This document shows, piece after piece, positions 12,601-24,490 of a DNA stretch of 47,857 bases. Within the stretch, counting starts at the first letter, position 1. The number at the start of each line of letters is the position of its first letter. The notes under the pieces were generated by a model that saw nothing but the letters and a program-made list of their open reading frames with translations, did not search any database and was not told the origin of the DNA. A program made the translations under genes and the position numbers. The stretch is from Octopus bimaculoides (taxonomy: Eukaryota), in NCBI RefSeq assembly GCF_001194135.2, contig NC_068989.1, positions 14,697,043 to 14,744,899 of the forward strand, written 5' to 3'.

Positions 12601-14624
12601 TATATAATTTTTCTTCATCACTGATGACATGACTTCATGATCTTTTTTTTTCTTTTGTCTGTTCATTTTTTTTTTCCCCAACTTAATTCCCTTTTGTCTT
12701 TTCTCTCTTCCAAACCCCAGTTTCACACTAAAATTAATAATAATGATATATAATACTATTATTATTATTATTATGATCTTTACTATTAGCATCTTACTTG
12801 TTTCTCCCTGTCTGACAGTTTCATTCAGATGAAACAATCTCCGACTAATCAACTAACAAACGAATTCCTTCCTTCCTTCCTTTCTTTCTCATTCTATCCT
12901 CTTTTTCTTTCCTTCTTCCCTTCTTTCAAAAGAAGAAACGGAATGAACATGTTTAGCATAAGATCAGCAAAACCACATGTAAATGCATCCTCGAAGCCAT
13001 CATTCCGCAAATAGATTATATTGTATCATATCATATATTCATATCTCATTACTAGATATTAATTAGAATGGAAACAGTCTTCATAATAGTAATTTAATTA
13101 ATTTTCCTTTTTTTTTTAATTATTAATATTTCTATTTTCAGTATTCTGCTGATATATATACATATATATATATTTTTTTTATTTACTTAGAATAATTTTT
13201 AGCTATCATCATCCTCATCATCATAATCATTATCAACCTTATAAATATTGTTATTATTATTATTATTGTTACTATAATTTTTTTTTTAAATGTTTTTTTT
13301 TTTAAGAGCAGACAGAAAACCTGCGATGCATCAGTTTAAGATGTAATTAAAATGGTTCATTTAGAACAATTTCTTTATGAAATAAAAGACAAAAAATTTT
13401 ACTTCAAAGAATATTTCATTGGTAAAACCTCCCTCCCTCCCTCTCGCTCTCTCTCTCACACACACTCTATATATATATATATATATATAGTTTACATAAT
13501 GTTATATAACTAGCATAAAGTTTTCTCTTTGTAAATTGCTCTTTTTTTATCTTACATATTTTCTCTTATTTCTATCTTTTACTTTTCTTAAAATTTCTCG
13601 CGTATGTGTGTGCGTGTGTGTTTAATGTAAACCTTGCTCTCTTTCTCTCCAAGTTCTCCCTTTGCAACCACCAGTCATGGAAGCTAATAGGAACAATTAG
13701 AGGGAAAAGCCTCAGGCTAGCCTTACATAACAGTGCCACTGACATTCCTACTCCCCAATGTCCTAATGGAGCTATTATCCTGCGTCTGAAAGAGATATCA
13801 TATCTTGTGCTCACATTCTTATTTTGCACCATCAGCTCTTTCCCCCCCCCCCCAAACTCATATATTTATTCATTTTCTCATCCGTCTATTTATCTATCTA
13901 TCTTGTCTATATATCTATAACCATATATATATATATANNNNNNNNNNNNNNNNNNNNNNNNNNNNNNNNNNNNNNNNNNNNNNNNNNNNNNNNNNNNNNN
14001 NNNNNNNNNNNNNNNNNNNNNNNNNNNNNNNNNNNNNNNNNNNNNNNNNNNNNNNNNNNNNNNNNNNNNNNNNNNNNNNNNNNNNNNNNNNNNNNNNNNN
14101 NNNNNNNNNNNNNNNNNNNNNNNNNNNNNNNNNNNNNNNNNNNNNNNNNNNNNNNNNNNNNNNNNNNNNNNNNNNNNNNNNNNNNNNNNNNNNNNNNNNN
14201 NNNNNNNNNNNNNNNNNNNNNNNNNNNNNNNNNNNNNNNNNNNNNNNNNNNNNNNNNNNNNNNNNNNNNNNNNNNNNNNNNNNNNNNNNNNNNNNNNNNN
14301 NNNNNNNNNNNNNNNNNNNNNNNNNNNNNNNNNNNNNNNNNNNNNNNNNNNNNNNNNNNNNNNNNNNNNNNNNNNNNNNNNNNNNNNNNNNNNNNNNNNN
14401 NNNNNNNNNNNNNNNNNNNNNNNNNNNNNNNNNNNNNNNNNNNNNNNNNNNNNNNNNNNNNNNNNNNNNNNNNNNNNNNNNNNNNNNNNNNNNNNNNNNN
14501 NNNNNNNNNNNNNNNNNNNNNNNNNNNNNNNNNNNNNNNNNNNNNNNNNNNNNNNNNNNNNNNNNNNNNNNNNNNNNNNNNNNNNNNNNNNNNNNNNNNN
14601 NNNNNNNNNNNNNNTATATATATT

Positions 14625-14850
14625 TATTACGGAGATGTACTTGCATAGCAAGTGACCTGATCTGATATCGTGTGCTGGAACGAAAACAATTGCAGCATGG
14701 AAGGTGTTTATAAGCCATTTCAGAAACACACAAAAACCGTTAGATTCACTTCAACATTTAAATTTTAATTTGTGTCAAAATATTTTTGTCGCTTTGAGAC
14801 CGCGACCTGTTCACTGACAAAATTCCATGCTGCATATCCATGCTGTTATA
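14625..14850. mobile_element. Interspersed repeat inserted in TA-rich sequence, possibly Penelope-derived
   Basis: CpG-retaining island bounded by TA runs. It resembles a common octopus repeat from recall; the class is inferred. Confidence 0.35.
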
Positions 14851-15307
14851 TATGTATAACATAATTTCAGTTTTGTTAAAATTATAACCTGGAAGACTCT
14901 TGATAACCATCTAAAACACATCTTTATGCACACCACATGTGTACACACATGCTGTTCTGTTCTACTTTCTGATTGTTGTGTATGTTATGAACTATGAAGA
15001 TGTTTCATCATACAGTCTACAATTCTGTCATTCTGAATATAAAAGTGAGTTAGATAATGTTAGGTTAATTGTGTGATTACAGAGTTTGCTTTGCAGCTTC
15101 GCATAGTTTTTTACTTTAGTTCTTTGAGTGACTGTAATCTACCGTGGTCTTAAGATGACCAAGTGTCTTGTGTGTGGAATTTAGAAATTGTATGGATACC
15201 TGTCATGTGTGTTTGCACGTATTGCTTTCAGTACAATCTGTGATGTGGTTGATATTAAGAAAGGCATCCAGCCTTAGAAAGCCAACTAAGAATCTTTTCT
15301 ACTCCAA

Positions 15308-15402
15308 CCACAAGGCCTGAAATTTTGGGGGAGGGGGCCAGTCAATTAGATCGAACCCATAACACAACTGGTACTTAATTTATCGACCCGGAAAGGATAG
15401 AA
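15308..15402 (-). mobile_element. Family B SINE, 3' fragment
   Basis: Reverse complement of GGGTCGATAAATTAAGTACCAG...CCCCCAAAATTTCAGGCCTTGTG, seen in the + copies. Confidence 0.8.
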
Positions 15403-15539
15403 ACCTAATGAAGAATGAAGCCTACAAATGAGACATGGTTTTCCAGCCTGTTTACGAGAGCTACAATGAGCCACCCTACCTATGCCAGCATGAAAAAGCA
15501 GGCTTAAAAAAAATATATATATATAAAGGATATTACACG

Positions 15540-15722
15540 ATAGACGGAAACTGAAAGAAGCCCGTCGTATATGTGTGTGTGTGTATGTGTATGTCCCCCC
15601 AACATCGTTTGACAACCGGTGCTGGTGTGTTTACGTCTCGTAACTTAGCGGTTCGGCAAAAGAGGTCAGGGTCGATAAATTAAGTATCAGTTGCATACTG
15701 CGGTCGCTCTAATCAACTGCTC
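15540..15722 (+). mobile_element. Truncated family A SINE fused to a family B fragment
   Basis: ACGGAAACTGAAAGAAGCCCGTCG-(TG)n-GACAACC..GTAACTTAGCGGTTCGGCAAAAG, followed by GGGTCGATAAATTAAGTATCAG. Confidence 0.75.
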
Positions 15723-15846
15723 CATTAAATCTTCTGGGAGAAACAGCTGTGAGCTAGTGAAGATCATAAGATAACTGTTTATTCCTTTATCAGTTGAATT
15801 TCTTATATATGTGTGTGTGTGTATATATATGTGTGTGTGTTTGTAC

Positions 15847-16215
15847 GAGTGGCTGTGTGGTAAGTAGCTTGCTTACCAACCACATGGTTCCAGGTTCATT
15901 CCCACTGCGTGGCACCTTGGGCAAGTGTCTTCTACTATAGCCTCGGGCCGACCAAAAACGGAAACTGAAAGAAGCCTGTCGTATATATGTATATATATGT
16001 ATGTGTGTGTATATGTTTGTGTGTCTGTGTTTGTCCCCCAACATCGCTTGACAACCGATTGTGGTGTGTTTACGTCCCCGTAACTTAGCAGTTCGGCAAA
16101 AGTGACCGATAGAATAAGTAGTAGACTAATAAAGAATAAGTCCTGGGGTCGATTTGCTCGACTAAAGGCAGTGCTCCAGCATGGCCGCAGTCAAATGACT
16201 GAAACAAGTAAAAGA

Positions 16216-16217
<2 letters not shown>
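15847..16217 (+). mobile_element. Family A tRNA-type SINE with CORE-like segment and internal microsatellite
   Basis: Head GGCTGTGTGGTAAG..GGTTCATTCC, then ACCTTGGGCAAGTG (CORE-like, from recall), an internal (TA/TG)n and the tail GACTGAAACAAGTAAAAGAG. Homologs at 21506, 17511 and 32808. Confidence 0.85.
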
Positions 16218-16246
<29 letters not shown>

Positions 16247-16249
<3 letters not shown>

Positions 16250-16431
16250 AGAGAATTCACAAAAACAAAAAAACAAAAGGTGGTGTAGACAACGAACAGA
16301 TGTATTAGTATAAAGCCCAGGAAGTGAAAAACTCTTTAATATTTCGAGCCTACGCTCTTCCACAGAAAGGAACACGGAAAGAAACAAGGAGAGAAAAAAA
16401 GAATGTGTAGTGGCTAGCGATCTATCATGGC
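16247..16431 (-). mobile_element. Probable Penelope-like pseudo-LTR fragment
   Basis: Abuts (TA)n and carries a hammerhead-like core on the minus strand (16334-16369). The class is inferred. Confidence 0.45.
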
Positions 16432-17054
16432 ATTATAAGATGCATGTTTTTTTCTAAAGGTTATTTCAAGAGAACTCTGCCTTAGTCAGTTTGGTGATGG
16501 ATAAGTTGTGGGTGTGGTGCTGTCGGTCTACTTTCTTGTTGTTGGTTACTCCGGTATAATCACAGTTAAATATTACTAATTGCAGTTTCACACAAGCATA
16601 CTAACAAATTAAATATTATTGTAATTTTATATTATTAAGCATATAAAATATATGTTAGGGAAAGAGTGCGTGGATTGGCAGTCATTAGAGCATACGACAA
16701 ACTGTTTTGCAGTATTTCTTCCAGTTCTCTTTGCTCCGAGTTCAAATCCTGATCTGGACAACTTTTCCTTTTATTCTTCCAGAGTCATTTAAATAAAACA
16801 CAAAACTAAGGTGTTAGATTGGCAGAATTGTTACTGCCAAGCAAGATTCCATGTGGGTAACAGACTTCATCTGTCACCTGGTTTGACACCTCAACCTGGT
16901 TCTTGTGTGCCTTCGTTGGAGTTTACTTTGTTGCAAGCATTCAGGACATGTCCCTTGTATTGAGGACACTTCCTTCCTACAAGTTTTAGGGGTCTTGGAA
17001 AAAATAAGAGGTTTTGGGTGGTGCTACCCTTCCTGCCCTTACAACGCATGTAAT

Positions 17055-17245
17055 CTTTTACTTGTTTCAATCATTAGACTGAAGCAATGCTGGGACACTA
17101 TCTGGAAGAATTCTTAATCGAATGAATTGACCCCAGTATTTTTTTTTTAAACCTAGTACTTATTCCATTGACCACTTTTGCTGAACTGCTTAGTTACAGG
17201 GGCATAAACACAACACCAGTTGTAAAGCAGTTGTGGAGTATGTCA
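17055..17245 (-). mobile_element. Family A SINE 3' fragments (degenerate)
   Basis: TTTTACTTGTTTCAATCATT..GACT and CTGAACTGCTTAGTTACAGGGG..AAACACAACACCAG are reverse complements of the family A tail. Confidence 0.6.
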
Positions 17246-17299
17246 TCAGACACCTACACACACATTCGCTGCTTTCTTCCAAGGAATCTAATGCTCTTA

Positions 17300-17470
17300 G
17301 CTTAGTTTTTCCTTGGGGCTGGCCAAGGAGCAATATCAAGAATAACCAGCCGAAATTGCAAAGATAATCTGGATCTCGACTGAAGAGAGAAAACTCCGAA
17401 TGACCTGTCCGTGTTTTCTTTGTATCGTCTATCTGGATGTTTTGCGTTTTTGTCCCATTCTGTATTATTT
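17300..17470 (+). mobile_element. Probable Penelope-like pseudo-LTR fragment
   Basis: CTGAAGA-GAGAAAACTCC-GAA motif followed by a pyrimidine-rich tail running into (TA)n. The class is inferred. Confidence 0.35.
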
Positions 17471-17510
17471 ATATATATCTTCATATATATATATATATAT
17501 ATACATACAA

Positions 17511-17656
17511 CAAGATTCTTTCAGTTTTCATCTACCAAATCAATTCACAAGGCTTTGGTCAGCCCAAGGTTATAGTTGAAGATACTTATCCATGGTGCCA
17601 CACAGTACCTGGAACCATGTGTTTGGGAAGCAAACTTCTTACCACACATCCACATC
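17511..17656 (-). mobile_element. Family A SINE head (antisense)
   Basis: The reverse complement aligns to 15847-15985 at about 80% by eye. Confidence 0.8.
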
Positions 17657-17880
17657 TAATAAAAGTTTTAAAACACAAAGTAAAATGAATTAAAAGTGCA
17701 TGGTGTTTATTTATGAGATGAGTGAGTTTACATATGTGATACAATACCTATATAACTAAGCATATTCTTTCCGATTGCATTTTTTTTTTCATTTTCTTCC
17801 ATGTCTAAAACCAATCCTATGTATTTGCAGTTCCATTTAATATTTTATAACATTTTAATGGTGTTGTCTTAATTTCGACC

Positions 17881-18068
17881 TACCATTTTCGATGGCATAA
17901 AAGATGCATGGGCATATTAAACACACCCCTATTTCACCCAGATATTAAATGCACCTCAAGTTTTTAATGCATCAAAGCATGTAATATAGGCTCAACTTAA
18001 CATAAAGGTCCCAGGGTGATATTTTGGGGGGGAAAAAATATGCGTCTTGTGTGCCATCAAATATCATA
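17881..18068. mobile_element. Degenerate Tc1/pogo-type MITE
   Basis: Imperfect 28-bp TIRs TACCATTTTCGATGGCATAAAAGATGCA / TGCGTCTTGTGTGCCATCAAATATCATA, with TA ends. Confidence 0.6.
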
Positions 18069-18498
18069 ATATACAAAGCAAAATTCCTGTTGTTACTTCT
18101 ATAATTTGAAATTTTTATTTCAACCATCTCATCTTTTACTATGGTGTAATTTTTTTTTTTCTTTTTGTTACATCTTTGTCGTCATCCCTCCGCCCCCCCC
18201 TCTCTCCCTGTCTTTCTTCAATAGCATCCAACTTTTTTCATGCTAGTCTTTGATTTTTACATTATCACATTTGTTAAAATTACTCAAACCCCTATCTTGT
18301 AATTCTAACATGATCGAGAATCTTCAACATGTATCGGTTTGATTTGACCCAGTGTTATGCATGCCATTGTTCGCTTAACATTTTGTTTCATATAACCTGT
18401 TACTTCAATAAGAAACCTTTTCATTTTTTTATTCTTATTCAACTCCATCAAACTATGGGACCAATACAGGATTTTAGCATTAGAACCATTATTTAATA

Positions 18499-18725
18499 AA
18501 AACCTTTAACATTTAAATTGGCCGTGTCTGACGCAAATATTCTATCTACTTTTAATTTAAAACTGTCCAGAACCAGCATCTGACACCATTCTACAATGTC
18601 ATTCTAGGAATTAACAATCGTATCATCAAAATCTCAGAGCTCAAAGATAATGCAAGATTAATTCAAAGCAATGTGAATGAACAAGCATTTCATTTGATAG
18701 AGTAATCTGAAGGCTAAACAATTGA
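18499..18725 (+). mobile_element. TTAA-type MITE family 2, degenerate
   Basis: Internal similarity to 3827-4051; the termini are eroded. Confidence 0.6.
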
Positions 18726-18819
18726 ATTATACCCTGAAAAATTTATGTTTGAACCAGCAGTAATGACCACCAAGAAAGAATGTGCTTAACTACATAGATA
18801 TTGTACCATCAACCACATA

Positions 18820-19620
18820 GACGAACTTGCTTTTCATCCTTTTGGGGTTGATAAAATATCACTCAAGTCCTGGGGTCTGGCTATGTGCCAGAAATGAAAA
18901 AGAATTATTATTGGTATTATTATTAAGGCGGAAAACTCGCAGGATCATTAGCACACTGGACAGAATGTTTAGCAGCACTGTCTTGTCTTCTCGTTCCAAG
19001 TTCAAATTCCACCAAAGTCGCAGGATCAACGAAATAAATATCAGTCAAGGACAGGTGTCAATGTAATCAACTAGACCCCCTCCTTCTCCAAAATTTCAGG
19101 CTTTTTACCTGTCGTAGAAAGGATTATCATTATTATTATTATTATATTGAAGGCGGTGCGGTGCGCTGGCAGAATCATTAGCACGCTGGGCAAAATGCTT
19201 TACGGCATTGCGTCCATCTTTACATTCCGAGTTCAAATTCCACCAAGGTCAGCTTTGCCTTTCGTCTTTTCGGGGTCAATAAATTAAGTAGCAGTGAAAC
19301 ACTGGGGTTGTTGTAATCGACCACTCCCCTCCCCCAAAATTGCAGGCCTTGTGCCTCTAGTTGAAATTATTATTATTAAGGCAGTAAGCTGGCAGAATCA
19401 TTAGCATGCTGGGTCAAATACTTAGCAGTATTTCATCCATCTTTATGTTCTGAGTTCAAATTCCACCGAGGTCAACTTTGCCTTTCATCCATTCAGGGTT
19501 GATAAAATAAGTACCAGTAGAGTATTGGGTTTTAGGTAAATGCTTTACCCTCTCCCCCAAAATTGCTGGCCTTGTGCCAAAATTTGAAATCATCATCATC
19601 ATTATTATTATTATTATTAT
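18820..19620 (+). mobile_element. Train of four head-to-tail family B SINEs (a 3' remnant plus copies starting at 18925, 19150, 19378)
   Basis: Each unit reads AAGGC..GCTGGCAGAATC..GAGTTCAAATTCC..GCCTTTCATCC..GGCCTTGTGCC and ends in (ATT)n. Confidence 0.85.
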
Positions 19621-20799
19621 ATTGTAAATCTGAACTGGAAGTATTTCATTTACCAATCCAATTTGATTCCTAATCCTAAGCTAATGACAAACTGTGCTAA
19701 CTCCTCTGAAAAGGGCATGTGTACCACAAACTTCTCATACACTTTTCCTTCCTCCACCAAAGATTTGAATAATGGTATTACTTTCGTTGCTGTTGATATA
19801 AGAATCACCTAAGCAAAATTAACAACCTCATATTCTGTCTTCATCTCAAATCATTTTAGTTAAAGGGTGAAAGGAAAATATAAATCAGCAAATGTATTCC
19901 TTTCATTCGCTTTATATTGTTTGCTTATTTTAGTTCTGTTTATTTAATCCATCACCAGGTTTATATTGTCATCTGCCTGGTCTTTTGAGTACTTGTAATG
20001 GAAACTACAGTGTTGTAAGCATTCAAACTAGGTTTCTGGTCTGAGGTTCACTTGATATAAGTACACCGCCAACTGTCCATCGTCCTTGGTTCCAGACCCA
20101 TGCCAGATTACATGTTTTTCTGGACTAACAGAGGTCGTTTAATAATGATTCAAAGTAAAACTTAGAAAACTACCACAACTTTATCAATAATGTTTCTCTA
20201 CCCAAAACTTCTCTATGGTATTCTTTAACTTATACATGAAGCTGGAAACACTCTTGCTCGACCTCTTTGAAGGCATGAATATCGAGTGTCTTCTTATAAT
20301 TATGTCTCAATTAAAAGAGATGGCAGAGTATTCATTACTCAATTAAAATCAATATGTACCTATTGATCTGTCATCTTTCTCTCTTACCCCCACAACAGCC
20401 TCAGAAGTCATGCCAAAACAAAACAAAAAAAAAACCAGAAGAGAAAACTTATTTGTACTGTTCTCCTAAATAAACCAAAGGGAAAGAAAAAATAATTAAA
20501 AAAATACAACCAGAAACGAATTTATTCCGAGAATCTTTGGCAGTGCATTCCTACCATTTCTTCAATCACTGGTTTGGAATATCTTTACACCTACATCAAT
20601 AAATAACTCTTCACCAATATGAAAGTACAGTTGACAATCACTCGCAAACACATATAACTTGGTGGCATGTACCATGCTTTCACTAATTGCTTAAGGTACC
20701 TATGTTAGCCATGAGCAGGCTTAGATACCCTTGCTAACCTCTCACCTTTGGCCCAGTGGAACATCCAGATTGTGAAAGCTGGAATGAGAGAGAGAGAAC

Positions 20800-20950
20800 T
20801 GCATCCCTACTGGCACTCATTTATAGCTTAGACTTCAGCAATGCAAAACGAAATTCCTTGTTCGTGACAGCATGCTACCCTGTCCAGGAACTGAACTCAC
20901 AACCTTTCGATCAGGAGCCAAACCCTCTTACCACTGGGCTACTTGGCACC
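20800..20950 (-). mobile_element. Degenerate tRNA-derived SINE (antisense)
   Basis: The minus strand has TAGCCCAGTGG (A box) and GAGTTCAGTTCC (B box-like). Confidence 0.55.
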
Positions 20951-21109
20951 AATGTCATTCTTATATTATATTATATTTCTAATTTCATATTTTAAGTGTG
21001 AAATAGTTTATACATGGTATCTTACATGAAGAATTCTTGAAAGCATGCTAGGATTGTTTTGGGACTCTTTGTTTTTTCTTCCTTTTTTTTTGTTTTGGTT
21101 TCTCAAATT

Positions 21110-21148
<39 letters not shown>

Positions 21149-21505
21149 TACATACATACAAACATATAGTGTTGTTGCTTTATCATTCTTCAGCAGAAAT
21201 GATTTCATTTATAATTAGTGCTGCCCTCCATCTCATAGCATGTTCACCACTCGCTCCTCATATTACCAAACTTATACACTCTCTCACAGACACATTATTA
21301 ACTCACAGATTCGCACGTACTAACTTCCATGCACACACTGGAGGCTTCGACTAACATTTTCTGTAATTACAAACTCTATGACAATAATATAATAATTTGG
21401 ACAAAAGGTTTAACACAATAGTTATAGGATATTAGCTTTCCACTTACATATCTATGCATCTGCTTGATGTATGTTTAGTGTGTTTGTATAAAAATATGAG
21501 TGACT

Positions 21506-21880
21506 AGGTGCAGGGGTGGCTGTGTGGTAAAAAGCTCGCTTCCCAACCACATAGTATTGGGTTCAGTCTCACTGCGTGGCACCCTGGGCAAGTGTCTTCT
21601 ATAACCTCAGGCCAACTTTGTTTGTGGATTTGGTAGACGGAAACTGAAAGAAGACTGTCGTATATATATATATATAAACATATGTATGTATTTGTTGTCA
21701 CCATCACTTGACAACTGATGTTGGTGTGTTTATATCCCCCATAACTTAGCGGTTCAGCAAAAAAGACCCCGATAGAATAAGTACTGGGCTTACAAAGAAT
21801 AAGCCCTGGGGTCGATTTGTTCGACTAAAGGTGGTGCTCTTGCATGGCCGCAGTCAAATGACTGAAACCAGTAAAAAGAG
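21506..21880 (+). mobile_element. Family A SINE, near full length
   Basis: Same head, internal microsatellite and tail organisation as 15847-16217. Confidence 0.85.
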
Positions 21881-23709
21881 GGAGAAGAGTATGTATCTGG
21901 GAATGACTATATGTACATACATTATATACACGTGTATGTAGATATATATATATATATANNNNNNNNNNNNNNNNNNNNNNNNNNNNNNNNNNNNNNNNNN
22001 NNNNNNNNNNNNNNNNNNNNNNNNNNNNNNNNNNNNNNNNNNNNNNNNNNNNNNNNNNNNNNNNNNNNNNNNNNNNNNNNNNNNNNNNNNNNNNNNNNNN
22101 NNNNNNNNNNNNNNNNNNNNNNNNNNNNNNNNNNNNNNNNNNNNNNNNNNNNNNNNNNNNNNNNNNNNNNNNNNNNNNNNNNNNNNNNNNNNNNNNNNNN
22201 NNNNNNNNNNNNNNNNNNNNNNNNNNNNNNNNNNNNNNNNNNNNNNNNNNNNNNNNNNNNNNNNNNNNNNNNNNNNNNNNNNNNNNNNNNNNNNNNNNNN
22301 NNNNNNNNNNNNNNNNNNNNNNNNNNNNNNNNNNNNNNNNNNNNNNNNNNNNNNNNNNNNNNNNNNNNNNNNNNNNNNNNNNNNNNNNNNNNNNNNNNNN
22401 NNNNNNNNNNNNNNNNNNNNNNNNNNNNNNNNNNNNNNNNNNNNNNNNNNNNNNNNNNNNNNNNNNNNNNNNNNNNNNNNNNNNNNNNNNNNNNNNNNNN
22501 NNNNNNNNNNNNNNNNNNNNNNNNNNNNNNNNNNNNNNNNNNNNNNNNNNNNNNNNNNNNNNNNNNNNNNNNNNNNNNNNNNNNNNNNNNNNNNNNNNNN
22601 NNNNNNNNNNNNNNNNNNNNNNNNNNNNNNNNNNNNNNNNNNNNNNNNNNNNNNNNNNNNNNNNNNNNNNNNNNNNNNNNNNNNNNNNNNNNNNNNNNNN
22701 NNNNNNNNNNNNNNNNNNNNNNNNNNNNNNNNNNNNNNNNNNNNNNNNNNNNNNNNNNNNNNNNNNNNNNNNNNNNNNNNNNNNNNNNNNNNNNNNNNNN
22801 NNNNNNNNNNNNNNNNNNNNNNNNNNNNNNNNNNNNNNNNNNNNNNNNNNNNNNNNNNNNNNNNNNNNNNNNNNNNNNNNNNNNNNNNNNNNNNNNNATA
22901 CATACATACATACATATATAATTTATTTTTAGAACAATGGATCTTGAAGCACATAAAGCTATAAATAATAATAGGCAAATAGTGGGTTGAAAAATCTCTT
23001 TTGGATACAAAGAGTAGAAAATATATATATATATATATATTAGTTGTGTTAATGAAATATCCATTTTAAATTATAAATATATAAAATACAGTATGAAGGA
23101 CATTATGGAAAAGCTACATCTACAGATATTATGCCTTATAAACAATGAAATTGAGTTGAAAAGCTTTCTAATTTTATAATTATATTCATTGGCATACAGA
23201 GACAAATAGATAAATAGGAAGTTGCACATACAGACACACACACAACCACTCGTCCATTGATCCTGAAGATCTGCTTTATAATGTTACCTACTTGTGGATC
23301 GCTCTGATTCAACAACCTAGATGTCCATGTAGTGTCTACCTCATATCAACTTGCCTTGTCTTGTGCAATCTAATCTGTCACCTCTTTTGTAATTGGTTAC
23401 TGTGCATGTAACATGCTAACTGCAGAGTTGGTTCCATCTTGTTGGATATCTTACTTGGGCTGGAGGTTTGTTCACAAAGGCTTGGGGATGGTACAGTTCT
23501 CTTCATTGAACAAATGATGTTGATGAAAATACAACTATTGTGTGTGTTGGGCGGTGGGGTAGAATTAAGTAAAGCTGCAAAACAAAGACTAACTTGTAAG
23601 TAGTGATAATGGATGTATATAATGATTGAGACTCAATTTGGAAGATGAGGCAGATATTAGGATAAAACAGTGACAGTCATGAAAGAAATTAATTTTATCA
23701 TTTAACAAT

Positions 23710-24392
23710 TTAACCCTTTCATTACTGTATTTATTTTGAGATGCTCTGTGTATCTTTCAATTAATTTTAAATATAACAAAGAATTTAGTAAAATAACTTA
23801 GTTATCATTAAGCTAGTGTTAGGAACATAAATTGTGGCTAAGGTTTGGTGGAAGATTTTAATTCAAAACTTATGAAAACAAGACATTTGTGCTACAGAGC
23901 CAGAGGTTGTTTCAGCCAGGCTGATATCAAAAGGGTTAAGAATTGTTTCTCTATATATTTTGACCCTTTTGTTACCATATTTCTGTTGAGGTTCTCTGTG
24001 TTTCTTTCAATTAATTTTAAATATAACAAAGAATTTAGTAAAATAACTTAGTTACCATTAAGCTAGTGTTAGGAACATAAATTGTGGCTAAGGTTTGGCG
24101 GAAGATTTTAATTCAAAACTTATGAAAACAAAACATTTCTGCTACAGAGCCAGAGGTTGTTTCAGCCGGGTTGGTATCGAAAGGGTTAAGAATTGTTTCT
24201 CTATATATTTTGACCCTTTTGTTACCATATTTCTGTTGAGGTTCTCTGTGTTTCTTTCAGTTAATTTTAAATATAACAAAGAATTTAGTAAAATAACTTA
24301 GTTATCATTAAGAATTCAAAACTTATGAAAACAAGACATTTGTACTGCAGAGCCAGAGGTGGTTTCAACCAGGTTGGTGTCAAAAGGGTTAA
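23710..24392 (+). mobile_element. Three tandem TTAA-bounded (piggyBac-like) MITEs, family 1, 250-bp period
   Basis: Copies at 23710-23939, 23960-24189 and 24210-24392, with TT(A/G)ACCCTTT...AAAGGGTTAA ends. An identical 20-bp linker separates them; the third copy has an internal deletion. Confidence 0.85.
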
Positions 24393-24490
24393 CCAACGAG
24401 AATGACTAATTAAATTCAAGTTGCACTAATTTTGTTCTACGTTGTGGCTGGGGTTTTATGTTTTTTGTTTATTTATTTATATATATATAT

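Noticed and set aside
13606-13920. 104-aa ORF with a phase-0 acceptor-like CTCTCCAAG as an extra receptor exon
   Set aside because: There is no good donor, no similarity to DCC cytoplasmic motifs, and it runs into microsatellite.
14774-14818. Hammerhead-like fold on the minus strand (gtca-GTGAACA-g-gtcgc..gcgac-AAAA..tgac)
   Set aside because: The stems are plausible but both catalytic boxes are mutated; too degenerate to claim.
23845-24301. Duplicated 68-aa ORFs or a CRISPR-like repeat-spacer array
   Set aside because: These are tandem MITE copies with an identical linker; there are no unique spacers or cas genes, and the context is eukaryotic.
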